Below, piece after piece: positions 1-12,760 of a stretch of DNA of 64,000 nucleotides. Location of the stretch: the NCBI RefSeq assembly GCF_009914755.1, contig NC_060931.1, one strand, 5' to 3'. Made by a program: the position numbers and the translations under genes. The notes under the pieces were generated by a model. The model did no database searches, was not told where the DNA came from, and saw only the letters and a program-made list of their open reading frames with translations. Origin of the DNA: the human T2T-CHM13v2.0 reference genome, Homo sapiens. Within the stretch, counting starts at the first letter, position 1, and the number at the start of each line of letters is the position of its first letter.

Positions 1-1350
1 CATTCCATTTCATTCCATTCCATTCCATTCCTTTCCATTCCATTCCGTACCACTCGGGTTGATTCCATTCCATTCCAATTCATTCCATTCCATTCCATCC
101 CATTTCATTCCATTCACTTCCAATCGAATTGATAACATTCCATTCCATTGCATTCCATTTCTTTCCATTGCAATGCATTGCAGATCATTCCTTTCCATTC
201 AATTCCACTCCACTCCATTCCATTCCATTCCATTCCATTCCATTCCATTCTTTCCATTCCATTTGATTCCATTCAATTGCATTTCATTCCATTCCATTCC
301 TCTCTGGTTGATTCCATTCCATTCCATTCCATTCCATTGCATTCCATTTCATTCCATTCCTCTCGGGTTGATTACATTCCATTCCATTCCATGCCATTCA
401 GGTTGATTGCATTCCATTGCATTTCATTCCATTCCATTCCATTCCGTTCCACTCGGGTTGCATCCATTCCATTCCATTCCATTCCAATCGCGTTGATTCC
501 ACTCTATTCCATTCCATTCGATTCCATTCCATTCTATTCCATTCCATTCCATTCCACTTGGGATGATTCAGTCCCATTCCATTCCGTTCCATTCCATTCC
601 ATTCCATTCCATTCCATTCCATTCCATTGCATTCGTGTTGATTCCAATCCATTAAAATGTATTCCATTCCATTCCATTCCATTCCATTCCATTCCTTGCC
701 ACTCAGGTTGATTCCATTCCATCCCATTTCATTCCATACCATTCCATTCCATTCCATTCAATTCCATTCCATTCCTTTCCACTCGTGTTTATTCCATTCC
801 ATTGCCTTCCATTCCATTCCACTCGGGTTGATACCATTCCATTCCATTCCATTCCATTCCATTCCATACCATTCCATTCCATTCCATTCGGGTTGATTCT
901 AGTCCATTCCATTCTATTCCATTCCATTCCATTCCATTCCATTCCATTCCATTCCATTCCTCGTGAGTTGTTTCCATTGCATCCCATTCCATTCCATTCC
1001 ACTCCATTCCTTTCCATTCCTTTCCATTCCTTTCCATTCCATTCCATTCCACTAGGGTTTATTATATTCCGTTCCATTCCATACCATTCCATTCCATTCC
1101 ATTCCATTCCATTCCCTTTCTTGCCACTCAGGTTGATTCCATTCCATTCCATTTCATTCCATTCCATTCCATTCCATTCAGTTCCACTCCATTCCATTCC
1201 ATTCCATTCTATTTCATTCCATTCCAGTCGTGTTGATTCCATTCCATTGCCTTCCATTCCATTCCACTTGGGTTGATACCATTCCATTCCATTCCATTCT
1301 TTTCCATTCTATTGCATTCGACTCGGGTTTATTCCATTCCATTCCATTCC

Positions 1351-4300
1351 ATTCGGGTTGATTCCATTCCATTCCATTTTATTCCATTCCTTTCCATTCC
1401 CCTCCATTCCTATCCATTCCATTCCATTCCATTCCACTCGAGTTGATTCCATTCCATTCCATTCCCTTCCATTCCATTCCATTCCATTCCATTCCATTAC
1501 ACTCGGGTTGATTCCACTCCATTCCATTCCATTCCATTCCATTCCATTCCATTCCGTACCACTCGGGTTGATTCCATTCCATTCCAATTCATTCCATTCC
1601 ATTCCATCTTATTTCATTCCATTCACTTCCAATCGAATTGATGACATTCCATTCCATTGCATTCCATTCCTTTCCATTGCAATGCATTGCAGATCATTCC
1701 TTTCCATTCCATTCCACTGCATTCCATTCCATTCCATTCCATTCCATTCTTTCCATTCCATTTGATTCCATTCAATTGCATTTCATTCCATTCCATTCCT
1801 CTCTGGTTGATTCCATTCCATTCCATTCCGTTCCATTCCATTCCATTTCATTCCATTCGATTTCATTCCATTCCTCTCGGGTTTATTACATTCCATTCCA
1901 TTCTATGCCATTCAGGTTGATTGCATTCCATTGCATTTCATTCCATTCCATTCCATTCCTTTCCATTCCATTCCATTCCGTTCCACTCGGGTTGCATCCT
2001 TTCCATTCCATTCCATTCCAATCGCTTTGATTCCACTCTATTCCATTCCATTCCATTCCATTCCATTCTATTCCATTCCATTCCATTCCACTTGGGATGA
2101 TTCAGTTCCATTCCATTCCGTTCTGTTCCATTCCATTCCATTCCATTCCATTCCATTCCATTCCATTCCATTGCATTCGTGTTGATTCCAATCCATTAAA
2201 ATGTATTCCATTCCATTCAATTCCATTCCATTCCATTCCTTGCCACTCAGGTTGATTCCATTCCATCCCATTTCATTCCATGCCATTCCATTCCATTCCA
2301 TTCAATTCCATTCCATTCCTTTCCACTCGTGTTTATTCCATTCCATTGCCTTCCATTCCATTCCACTCGGGTTGATACCATTCCATTCCATTCCATTCCA
2401 TTCCATTCCATTCCATTCCATTCCATACCATTCCATTCCATTCCATTCGGGTTGATTCCATTCTATTCCATTCCATTCCATTCCATTCCATTCCATTCCA
2501 TTCCATTCCTCGTGAGTTGTTTCCATTGCATCCCATTCCATTCCATTCCACTCCATTCCTTTCCATTCCATTCCATTCCACTAGGGTTCATTCCATTCCA
2601 TTCCATTCCATTACACTCGGGTTGATTCCATTCCATTCCATTCCATTCCATTCCATTCCATTCCATTCCATTCCATTCCATTCCATTCCATTCCGTACCA
2701 CTCGGGTTGATTCCATTCCATTCCAATTCATTCCATTCCATTCCATCTCATTTCATTCCATTCACTTCCAATCGAATTGATGACATTCCATTCCATTGCA
2801 TTCCATTCCTTTCCATTGCAATGCATTGCAGATCATTCCTTTCAATTCCATTCCACCCCATTCCATTCCATTCCATTCCATTCCATTCTTTCCATTCCAT
2901 TTGATTCCATTCAATTGCATTTCATTCCATTCCATTCCTCTCTAGTTGATTCCATTCCATTCCATTCCATTCCATTCCATTCCATTCCATTCCATTCCAT
3001 TCCATTCGGGTTGATTCCATTCCATTCCATTTTATTCCATTCCTTTCCATTCCCCTCCATTCCTATCCATTCCATTCCATTCCATTCCACTCGAGTTGAT
3101 TCCATTCCATTCCATTCCCTTCCATTCCATTCCATTCCATTCCATTCCATTACACTCGGGTTGATTCCACTCCATTCCATTCCATTCCATTCCATTCCAT
3201 TCCGTACCACTCGGGTTGATTCCATTCCATTCCAATTCATTCCATTCCATTCCATCTTATTTCATTCCATTCACTTCCAATCGAATTGATGACATTCCAT
3301 TCCATTGCATTCCATTCCTTTCCATTGCAATGCATTGCAGATCATTCCTTTCCATTCCATTCCACTGCATTCCATTCCATTCCATTCCATTCCATTCCAT
3401 TCTTTCCATTCCATTTGATTCCATTCAATTGCATTTCATTCCATTCCATTCCTCTCTGGTTGATTCCATTCCATTCCATTCCGTTCCATTCCATTCCATT
3501 TCATTCCATTCGATTTCATTCCATTCCTCTCGGGTTTATTACATTCCATTCCATTCTATGCCATTCAGGTTGATTGCATTCCATTGCATTTCATTCCATT
3601 CCATTCCATTCCTTTCCATTCCATTCCATTCCGTTCCACTCGGGTTGCATCCTTTCCATTCCATTCCATTCCAATCGCTTTGATTCCACTCTATTCCATT
3701 CCATTCCATTCCATTCCATTCTATTCCATTCCATTCCATTCCACTTGGGATGATTCAGTTCCATTCCATTCCGTTCTGTTCCATTCCATTCCATTCCATT
3801 CCATTCCATTCCATTCCATTGCATTCGTGTTGATTCCAATCCATTAAAATGTATTCCATTCCATTCAATTCCATTCCATTCCATTCCTTGCCACTCAGGT
3901 TGATTCCATTCCATCCCATTTCATTCCATGCCATTCCATTCCATTCCATTCAATTCCATTCCATTCCTTTCCACTCGTGTTTATTCCATTCCATTGCCTT
4001 CCATTCCATTCCACTCGGGTTGATACCATTCCATTCCATTCCATTCCATTCCATTCCATTCCATTCCATACCATTCCATTCCATTCCATTCGGGTTGATT
4101 CCATTCTATTCCATTCCATTCCATTCCATTCCATTCCATTCCATTCCATTCCATTCCTCGTGAGTTGTTTCCATTGCATCCCATTCCATTCCATTCCACT
4201 CCATTCCTTTCCATTCCATTCCATTCCACTAGGGTTCATTCCATTCCATTCCATTCCATTACACTCGGGTTGATTCCATTCCATTCCATTCCATTCCATT

Positions 4301-4640
4301 CCATTCCATTCCATTCCATTCCATTCCATTCCATTCCGTACCACTCGGGTTGATTCCATTCCATTCCAATTCATTCCATTCCATTCCATCTCATTTCATT
4401 CCATTCACTTCCAATCGAATTGATGACATTCCATTCCATTGCATTCCATTCCTTTCCATTGCAATGCATTGCAGATCATTCCTTTCCATTCCATTCCACC
4501 CCATTCCATTCCATTCCATTCCATTCCATTCTTTCCATTCCATTTGATTCCATTCAATTGCATTTCATTCCATTCCATTCCTCTCTAGTTGATTCCATTC
4601 CATTCCATTCCATTCCATTCCATTCCATTCCATTCCATTC
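1351..4640 (+). repeat. Recent tandem duplication, unit ~1.65 kb (1351-~3000 / 3004-~4640)
   Basis: Landmark offsets are 1351/3004, 1621/3269 and 2760/4403. The variants CTCTCTAGTTG (2938, 4581) and CCACCCCATT (~2853, ~4496) were seen only in these two copies. Confidence 0.85.
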
Positions 4641-5620
4641 CATTTCATTCCATTCCATTTCATTCCTTTCTTCTCGGGTTTATTTCATTCCATTCCATTC
4701 CATGCCACTCAGGTTGATTGCATTCCATTGCATTTCATTCCATTCCATTCCATTCCATTCCATTCCATTCCATTCCATTCCACTCGGGTTGCATCCATTC
4801 CATTCCATTCCATTCCAAACGCGTTGATTCCACTCTATTCCATTCCATTCTATTCCATTCCATTCTATTCCATTCCATTCCATTCCACTTGGGATGATTC
4901 AGTTCCATTCCATTCCGTTCCGTTCCATTCCATTCCATTCCATTCCATTCCATTCCATTCCATTCCATTCCATTCCAATGCATTCGTGTTGATTCCAATC
5001 CATTAAAATCTATTCCATTCCATTCAATTCCATTCCATTCCATTCCTTGCCACTCAGGTTGATTCCATTCCATCCCATTTCATTCCATACCATTCCATTC
5101 CATTCCATTCAGTTCCATTCCTTTCCTTTCCACTCGTGTTTATTCCATTCCATTGCCTTCCATTCCATTCCACTCGGGTTGATACCATTCCATTCCATTC
5201 CATTCCATTCCATTCCATACCTTTCCATTCCATTCCTTTCGGGTTGATTCTAGTCCATTCCATTCTATTCCATTCCATTCCATTCCATTCCTCATGAGTT
5301 GTTTCCATTGTATCCCATTCCATTCCATTCCACTCCATTGCTTTCCATTCCATTCCATTCCACTAGGGTTTATTCCATTCCATTCCATTCCATTCCATTC
5401 CATTCCATTCCATTCCATTCCATGCCATTCCATTCCATTCCATTCCCTTTCTTGCCACTCAGGTTGATTCCATTCCTTTCCATTTCATTCCATTCCATTC
5501 CATTCCATTCAGTTCCACTCCATTCCATTCCATTCCATTCTACTTCATTCCATTCCAATCGTGTTGATTCCATTCCATTGCCTTCCATTCCATTCCACTC
5601 GGGTTGATAGCATTCCATTC

Positions 5621-5710
5621 CATTCCATTCTTTTCCATTCCATTGCATTCGACTCGGGTTTATTCCATTCCATTCTTTTCCATTCCATTGCATTCGACTC
5701 GGGTTTATTC
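5621..5710 (+). repeat. 45 bp tandem duplication
   Basis: CATTCCATTCTTTTCCATTCCATTGCATTCGACTCGGGTTTATTC appears twice in succession. Confidence 0.85.
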
Positions 5711-7100
5711 CATTCCATTCCATTCCATTCGGGTTGATTCCATTCCATTCCATTTTATTCCATTCCTTTCCATTCCCCTCCATTCCTATGCATTCCATTC
5801 CATTCCATTCCATTCCACTCGAGTTGATTCCATTCCATTCCATTCCATTCCATTCCATTCCATTCCATTCCATTCCATTCCATTACACTCGGGTTGATTC
5901 CATTCCATTCCATTCCATTCCATTCCATTCCATTCCATTCCATTCCATTCCATTCCGTGCCACTCGGGTTTATTCCATTCCATTCCATTCCATTCCATTC
6001 CATTCCATTCCATTCCATTACACTAGGGTTGATTCCATTCCATTCCATTCCATTCCATTCCATTCCATTCCATTCCATTCCATACCACTCGGGTTTATTC
6101 CATTCCATTCCAATTCATTCCATTCCATTCCATCTCATTTCATTCCATTCACTTCCAATCGAATTGATAACATTCCATTCCATTGCATTCCATTCCTTTC
6201 CATTGCAATGCATTGCAGATCATTCCTTTCCATTCCATTCCACTCCATTCCATTCCATTCCTTTCCATTCCATTCCATTCTTTCCATTCCATTTGATTCT
6301 ATTCAATTGCATTTCATTCCATTCCATTCCTCTCTGGTTGATTCCATTCCATTCCATTCCATTCCATTCCATTCCATTCCTCTCGGGTTTATTACATTCC
6401 ATTCCATTCCATGCCATTCTGGTTGATTGCATTCCATTGCATTTCATTCCATTCCATTCCATTCCATTCCATTCCATTCCATTCCATTCCATTGCATTCG
6501 TGTTGATTCCAATCCATTAAAATCTATTCCATTCCATTCAATTCCATTCCATTCCATTCCTTGCCACTCAGGTTGATTCCATTCCTTCCCATTTCATTCC
6601 ATACCATTCCATTCCATTCCATTCAATTCCATTCCTTTCCTTTCCACTCGTGTTTATTCCATTCAATTGCCTTCCATTCCATTCCACTCGGGTTGATACC
6701 ATTCCATTCCATTCCATTCCATTCCATTCCATTCCATTCCATACCATTCCATTCCATTTCATTCGGGTTGATTCTAGTCCATTCCATTCTATTCCATTCC
6801 ATTCCATTTCATTCCATTCCATTCCATTCCTCGTGAGTTGTTTCCATTGCATCCCATTCCATTCCATTCCACTCCATTCCTTTCCATTCCATTCCATTCC
6901 ACTAGGGTTTATTCCATTCCATTCCATTCCATTCCATTCCATTCCCTTTCTTGCCACTCAGGTTGATTCCATTCCATTCCATTCCCTTCCATTCCATTCC
7001 ATTCCATTCCATTCCATTACACTCGGGTTGATTCCATTCCATTCCATTCCATTCCATTCCATTCCATTCCATTCCATTCCATTCCATTCCATTCCATTCC

Positions 7101-9995
7101 GTTCCGTACCACTCGGGTTTATTCCATTCCATTCCATTCCATTCCATTCCATTCCATTCCATTCCATTCCATTCCATTCTATTCCTGCCGGGTTGATTCC
7201 ATTCCATTCCAATTCATTCCATTCCATTCCATCCCATTTCATTCCATTCACTTCCAATCGAATTGATAACATTCCATTCCATTCCATTCCATTCCTTTCC
7301 ATTGCAATGCATTGCAGACCATTCCATTTCATTCCATTCCATTCCTTTCCATACCATTCCACTCGGGTTGATTCCATTCCATTCCAATTCATTCCATTCC
7401 ATTCCATCCCATTTCATTCCATTCACTTCCAATCGAATTGATAACATTGTATTCCATTCCATTCCATTCCATTCCATTCCATTCCGTTCCTTTCCATTCC
7501 GTACCACTCGGGTTTATTCAATTCCATTCCATTATATTCCATTCCACTCGAGTTGATTTTATTGCATCCCATTCGATTCCATTCCACTCCATTCCATTTC
7601 ATTCCATTCCATTCCACTCGGGTTTATTCCATTCCATTCCATTCCATTCCATTCCATTCCATTCCATTCCATTCCATTCCTTGCCATTCCATGCTATTCC
7701 ACTCGGGTTGATTGCATTCTTTTCCATTCCTTGCCATTCCATTCCATTCCATTGCATTCTTTTCGTGTTAATTCCAATCCATTACAATCTGTTCCATGCC
7801 ATTCCATTCCCCTCCATTCCATTCCATTCCAGTCGAGTGGATTCCACTGCATTGCATTGCATTCCATTCCATTCCATTCCACTCCATTCCATTCCATTCC
7901 ACTCCATTCCATTCCTTTCCATTCCATTCCATTGCTCTCGGGTTAATTCCATTCCATTCCATTCCATTCCATTGCATTCCATTCCATTCCATTCCATTCT
8001 ATTCTATTCCATACAATTCCACTCGGGTTTTTTCCATTCCATTCCATTCCATTCCATTCCATTCCATGCCACTCATGTTGATTCCATTCCATTCCATTTC
8101 ATTCCATTTCATTAAATTCCATTCCATTCCATTCCATTCCATTCCATTCCATTCCATTCCACTCGTGTTGATTCCATTCCATTGCCTTCCATTCCATTCC
8201 ACTAGGGTTGATACCGTTCCATTCCATTCCATTGCATTCTTTTCCATTCCATTGCATTCGACTCGGGTTGTTTCCACTCCATCCCATTCCATTCCATTCC
8301 ACTCCATTCCATTCCATTTCATTCCATTCCACTCGGGTTTATTCCATTCCATTTGATTCCATTCCTTTCCTTTCCATTCCTTGCCACTCAGGTTGACTCC
8401 ATTCCATTCCATTTCATTCCATTCCATTCCATTCAGTTCCACTCCATTCCAGTCGTGTTGATTCCATTCAATTGCCTTCCATTCCATTCCACTCGGTTTG
8501 ATACCATTCCATTCCATTCCATTCTTTTAAATTCCATTGCATTCGACTTGGGTTGATTCCATTCCATTCTATTCCATTAAATTCCATTCCATTCGGGTTC
8601 ATTCCAGTCCATTCCATTCTATGCCATTCCATTCCATTCCATTCCATTCCATTCCATTCCATTCCATTCCACTCGAGTTGATTACGTTGCATCCCATTCC
8701 ATTCCATTCCACTCCATTCCATTTCATTCCATTCCATTCCACTCGGGTTTATTCCATTCCATTCCATTCCATTCCATTCCATTCCATTCCATTCCATTGC
8801 ATTCCATTCCATTCCATTCCATTCCATTCCATTCCATTGCATTCCATTCCTTGTCATTCCATTCCATTCCACTCGGGTTGATTCCATTCCATTTAATTTC
8901 ATTCCATTCCATGCCATTCGCGTTGATACCATTCCCTTCCATTCCCTTCCATTCCATTCCTTTCCATTGAATTGCATTCCAGATGATTCCATTCCATTCT
9001 GTTCCACTACATTCCATTACATAACTTTCCATTCCATTCCATTCCTTTCCATTCCACTCGGGTTGATTCCATTCCATTCTATTCTATTCCATTCCATTCC
9101 ATTTCATTCCAATCCTTTCCATTCCATTGCATTCGACTCTTGTTGATTCCATTCCATTCCCTTCAATTCCATTCCTTTTCATTTCATTCCATTCAACTCG
9201 GTTTGATTCCACTCCATTCCGTTTCTTTCCATTCCATTCCATTGCATTCCATTCCATTCCATTCCACTTGGGTTGATTCCATTCCATTCCTTTCCATTCC
9301 AGTCCATTGCATTCCATTCCATTCCATTCCACTCGGGTTGATTCCATTCCATTCCATTCCATTCCTTTCCATTCCACTCGTGTTGATTCCATTCCATTCC
9401 ATTCAATTCCTTTCCATTCTATTCCATTCCATTCCACGTGGGTTCATTCCATTGCATTCCATTCCATTCTATTCCATTCCTTTCACTTCCATCCCATTCC
9501 AATCGAGTTGATTCCATTGCATTCGATTCCATTCCATTCCATTCCATTCCATTCAATTCCATTCCATTCCATTCCATTCCGTACTACTCGGGTTTATTCC
9601 ATTCCATTCCATTCCATTCCATTCCATTCCATTCCATTCCATTCCATTCCATTCCATTCCTGCCGGGTTGATTCCATTCCATTCCAATTCATTCCATTCC
9701 ATTCCATCCCATTTCATTCCATTCACTTCCAATCGAATTGATAACATTCCATTCCATTCCATTCCATTCCTTTCCATTGCAAAGCATTGCAGATCAGTCC
9801 ATTTCATTCCATTCCATTCCGTTCCATACCATTCCACTCGGGTTGATTCCATTCCATTCCTTTCCATTCCATTCCATTCCATCCCATTTCATTCCATTCA
9901 CTTCCAATCGAATTGATAACATTCTATTCCATTCCATTCCATTCCATTCCATTCCGTTCCTTTCCATTCCGTACCAATCGGGTTTATTCCATTCC
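7101..9995 (+). repeat. ~0.42 kb direct repeats (7101-7520 and 9576-9995) flanking a ~2.05 kb block of domain-2/3-type sequence
   Basis: TGCCGGGTTG occurs at 7186 and 9661, and the 175-bp-spaced landmark pair at 7246/7421 and 9721/9896 (offset 2475). The intervening block carries ATTACAATCTGTTCC, GCTCTCGGGTTAATT, ACTCATGTTG and GCATTCCAGATGATTCC motifs, which are otherwise absent from domain 1. Confidence 0.75.
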
Positions 9996-12760
9996 ATTTC
10001 ATTCCATTCCATTCCATTCCTTTCCATTCCATTCCGTACCACTCGGGTTGATTCCATTCCATTCCAATTCATTCCATTCCATTCCATCCCATTTCATTCC
10101 ATTCACTTCCAATCGAATTGATAACATTCCGTTCCATTGCATTCCATTTCTTTCCATTGCAATGCATTGCAGATCTTTCCTTTCCGTTCAATTCCACTCC
10201 ACTCCATTCCATTCCATTCCATTCCATTCCATTCCATTCCATTCTTTCCATTCCATTTGATTCCATTCAATTGCATTTCATTCCATTCCATTCCTCTCTG
10301 GTTGATTCCATTCCATTCCATTCCATTCCATTCCATTCCATTTCATTCCATTCCTCTCGGGTTGATTACATTCCATTCCATTCCATGCCATTCAGGTTGA
10401 TTGCATTCCATTGCATTTCATTCCATTCCATTCCATTCCATTCCACTCGGGTTGCATCCATTCCATTCCATTCCATTCCAATCGCGTTGATTCCACTCTA
10501 TTCCATTCCATTCGATTCCATTCCATTCTATTCCATTCCATTCCATTCCACTTGGGATGATTCAGTCCCATTCCATTCCGTTCCATTCCATTCCATTCCA
10601 TTCCATTCCATTCCATTCCATTCCATTCCATTGCATTCGTGTTGATTCCAATCCATTAAAATGTATTCCATTCCATTCCATTCCATTCCATTCCATTCCT
10701 TGCCACTCAGGTTGATTCCATTCCATCCCATTTCATTCCATACCATTCCATTCCATTCCATTCAATTCCATTCCATTCCTTTCCACTCGTGTTTATTCCA
10801 TTCCATTGCCTTCCATTCCATTCCACTCGGGTTGATACCATTCCATTCCATTCCATTCCATTCCATTCCATACCATTCCATTCCATTCCATTCGGGTTGA
10901 TTCTAGTCCATTCCATTCTATTCCATTCCATTCCATTCCATTCCATTCCATTCCATTCCATTCCTCGTGAGTTGTTTCCATTGCATCCCATTCCATTCCA
11001 TTCCACTCCATTCCTTTCCATTCCTTTCCATTCCTTTCCATTCCATTCCATTCCACTAGGGTTTATTATATTCCGTTCCATTCCATTCCATTCCATTCCA
11101 TTCCATTCCATTCCATTCCCTTTCTTGCCACTCAGGTTGATTCCATTCCATTCCATTTCATTCCATTCCATTCCATTCCATTCAGTTCCACTCCATTCCA
11201 TTCCATTCCATTCTATTTCATTCCATTCCAGTCGTGTTGATTCCATTCCATTGCCTTCCATTCCATTCCACTTGGGTTGATACCATTCCATTCCATTCCA
11301 TTCTTTTCCATTCTATTGCATTCGACTCGGGTTTATTCAATTCCATTCCATTCCATTCGGGTTGATTCCATTCCATTCCATTTTATTCCATTCCTTTCCA
11401 TTCCCCTCCATTCCTATCCATTCCATTCCATTCCATTCCACTCGAGTTGATTCCATTCCATTCCATTCCCTTCCATTCCATTCCATTCCATTCCATTACA
11501 CTCGGGTTGATTCCACTCCATTCCATTCCATTCCATTCCATTCCATTCCGTACCACTCGGGTTGATTCCATTCCATTCCAATTCATTCCATTCCATTCTA
11601 TCTTATTTCATTCCATTCACTTCCAATCGAATTGATGACATTCCATTCCATTGCATTCCATTCCTTTCCATTGCAATGCATTGCAGATCATTCCTTTCCA
11701 TTCCATTCCACTCCATTCCATTCCATTCCATTCCATTCCATTCTTTCCATTCCATTTGATTCCATTCAATTGCATTTCATTCCATTCCATTCCTCTCTGG
11801 TTGATTCCATTCCATTCCATTCCGTTCCATTCCATTCCATTTCATTCCATTCGATTTCATTCCATTCCTCTCGGGTTTATTACATTCCATTCCATTCCAT
11901 GCCATTCAGGTTGATTGCATTCCATTGCATTTCATTCCATTCCATTCCATTCCTTTCCATTCCATTCCATTCCGTTCCACTCGGGTTGCATCCTTTCCAT
12001 TCCATTCCATTCCAATCGCTTTGATTCCACTCTATTCCATTCCATTCCATTCCATTCCATTCTATTCCATTCCATTCCATTCCACTTGGGATGATTCAGT
12101 TCCATTCCATTCCGTTCTGTTCCATTCCATTCCATTCCATTCCATTCCATTCCATTCCATTGCATTCGTGTTGATTCCAATCCATTAAAATGTATTCCAT
12201 TCCATTCAATTCCATTCCATTCCATTCCTTGCCACTCAGGTTGATTCCATTCCATCCCATTTCATTCCATACCATTCCATTCCATTCCATTCAATTCCAT
12301 TCCATTCCTTTCCACTCGTGTTTATTCCATTCCATTGCCTTCCATTCCATTCCACTCGGGTTGATACCATTCCATTCCATTCCTTTCCATTCCATTCCAT
12401 TCCATACCATTCCATTCCATTCCATTCGGGTTGATTCCATTCTATTCCATTCCATTCCATTCCATTCCATTCCATTCCATTCCATTCCTCGTGAGTTGTT
12501 TCCATTGCATCCCATTCCATTCCATTCCACTCCATTCCTTTCCATTCCATTCCATTCCACTAGGGTTCATTCCATTCCATTCCATTCCATTCCATTCCAT
12601 TACACTCGGGTTGATTCCATTCCATTCCATTCCATTCCATTCCATTCCATTCCATTCCGTACCACTCGGGTTGATTCCATTCCATTCCAATTCATTCCAT
12701 TCCATTCCATCTCATTTCATTCCATTCACTTCCAATCGAATTGATAACATTCCATTCCAT
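9990..12760 (+). repeat. Dispersed near-identical copy of window positions 1-~2800 (offset ~9.96-10.0 kb)
   Basis: ACTAGGGTTTATTATATTCCGTTCC occurs at 1051 and 11055 (offset 10004). ORFs 703..1287 / 10707..11291 and 657..896 / 10661..10900 are near-identical. The variant GATTCAGTCCC is shared at ~565 and ~10558. Confidence 0.85.

Noticed and set aside
7101-9995. Direct repeats flanking a 2 kb block as an LTR element or transposon
   Set aside because: Both the flanks and the interior are HSat3. There are no TG...CA termini, primer-binding site or coding capacity, so recombination within the satellite explains it better.
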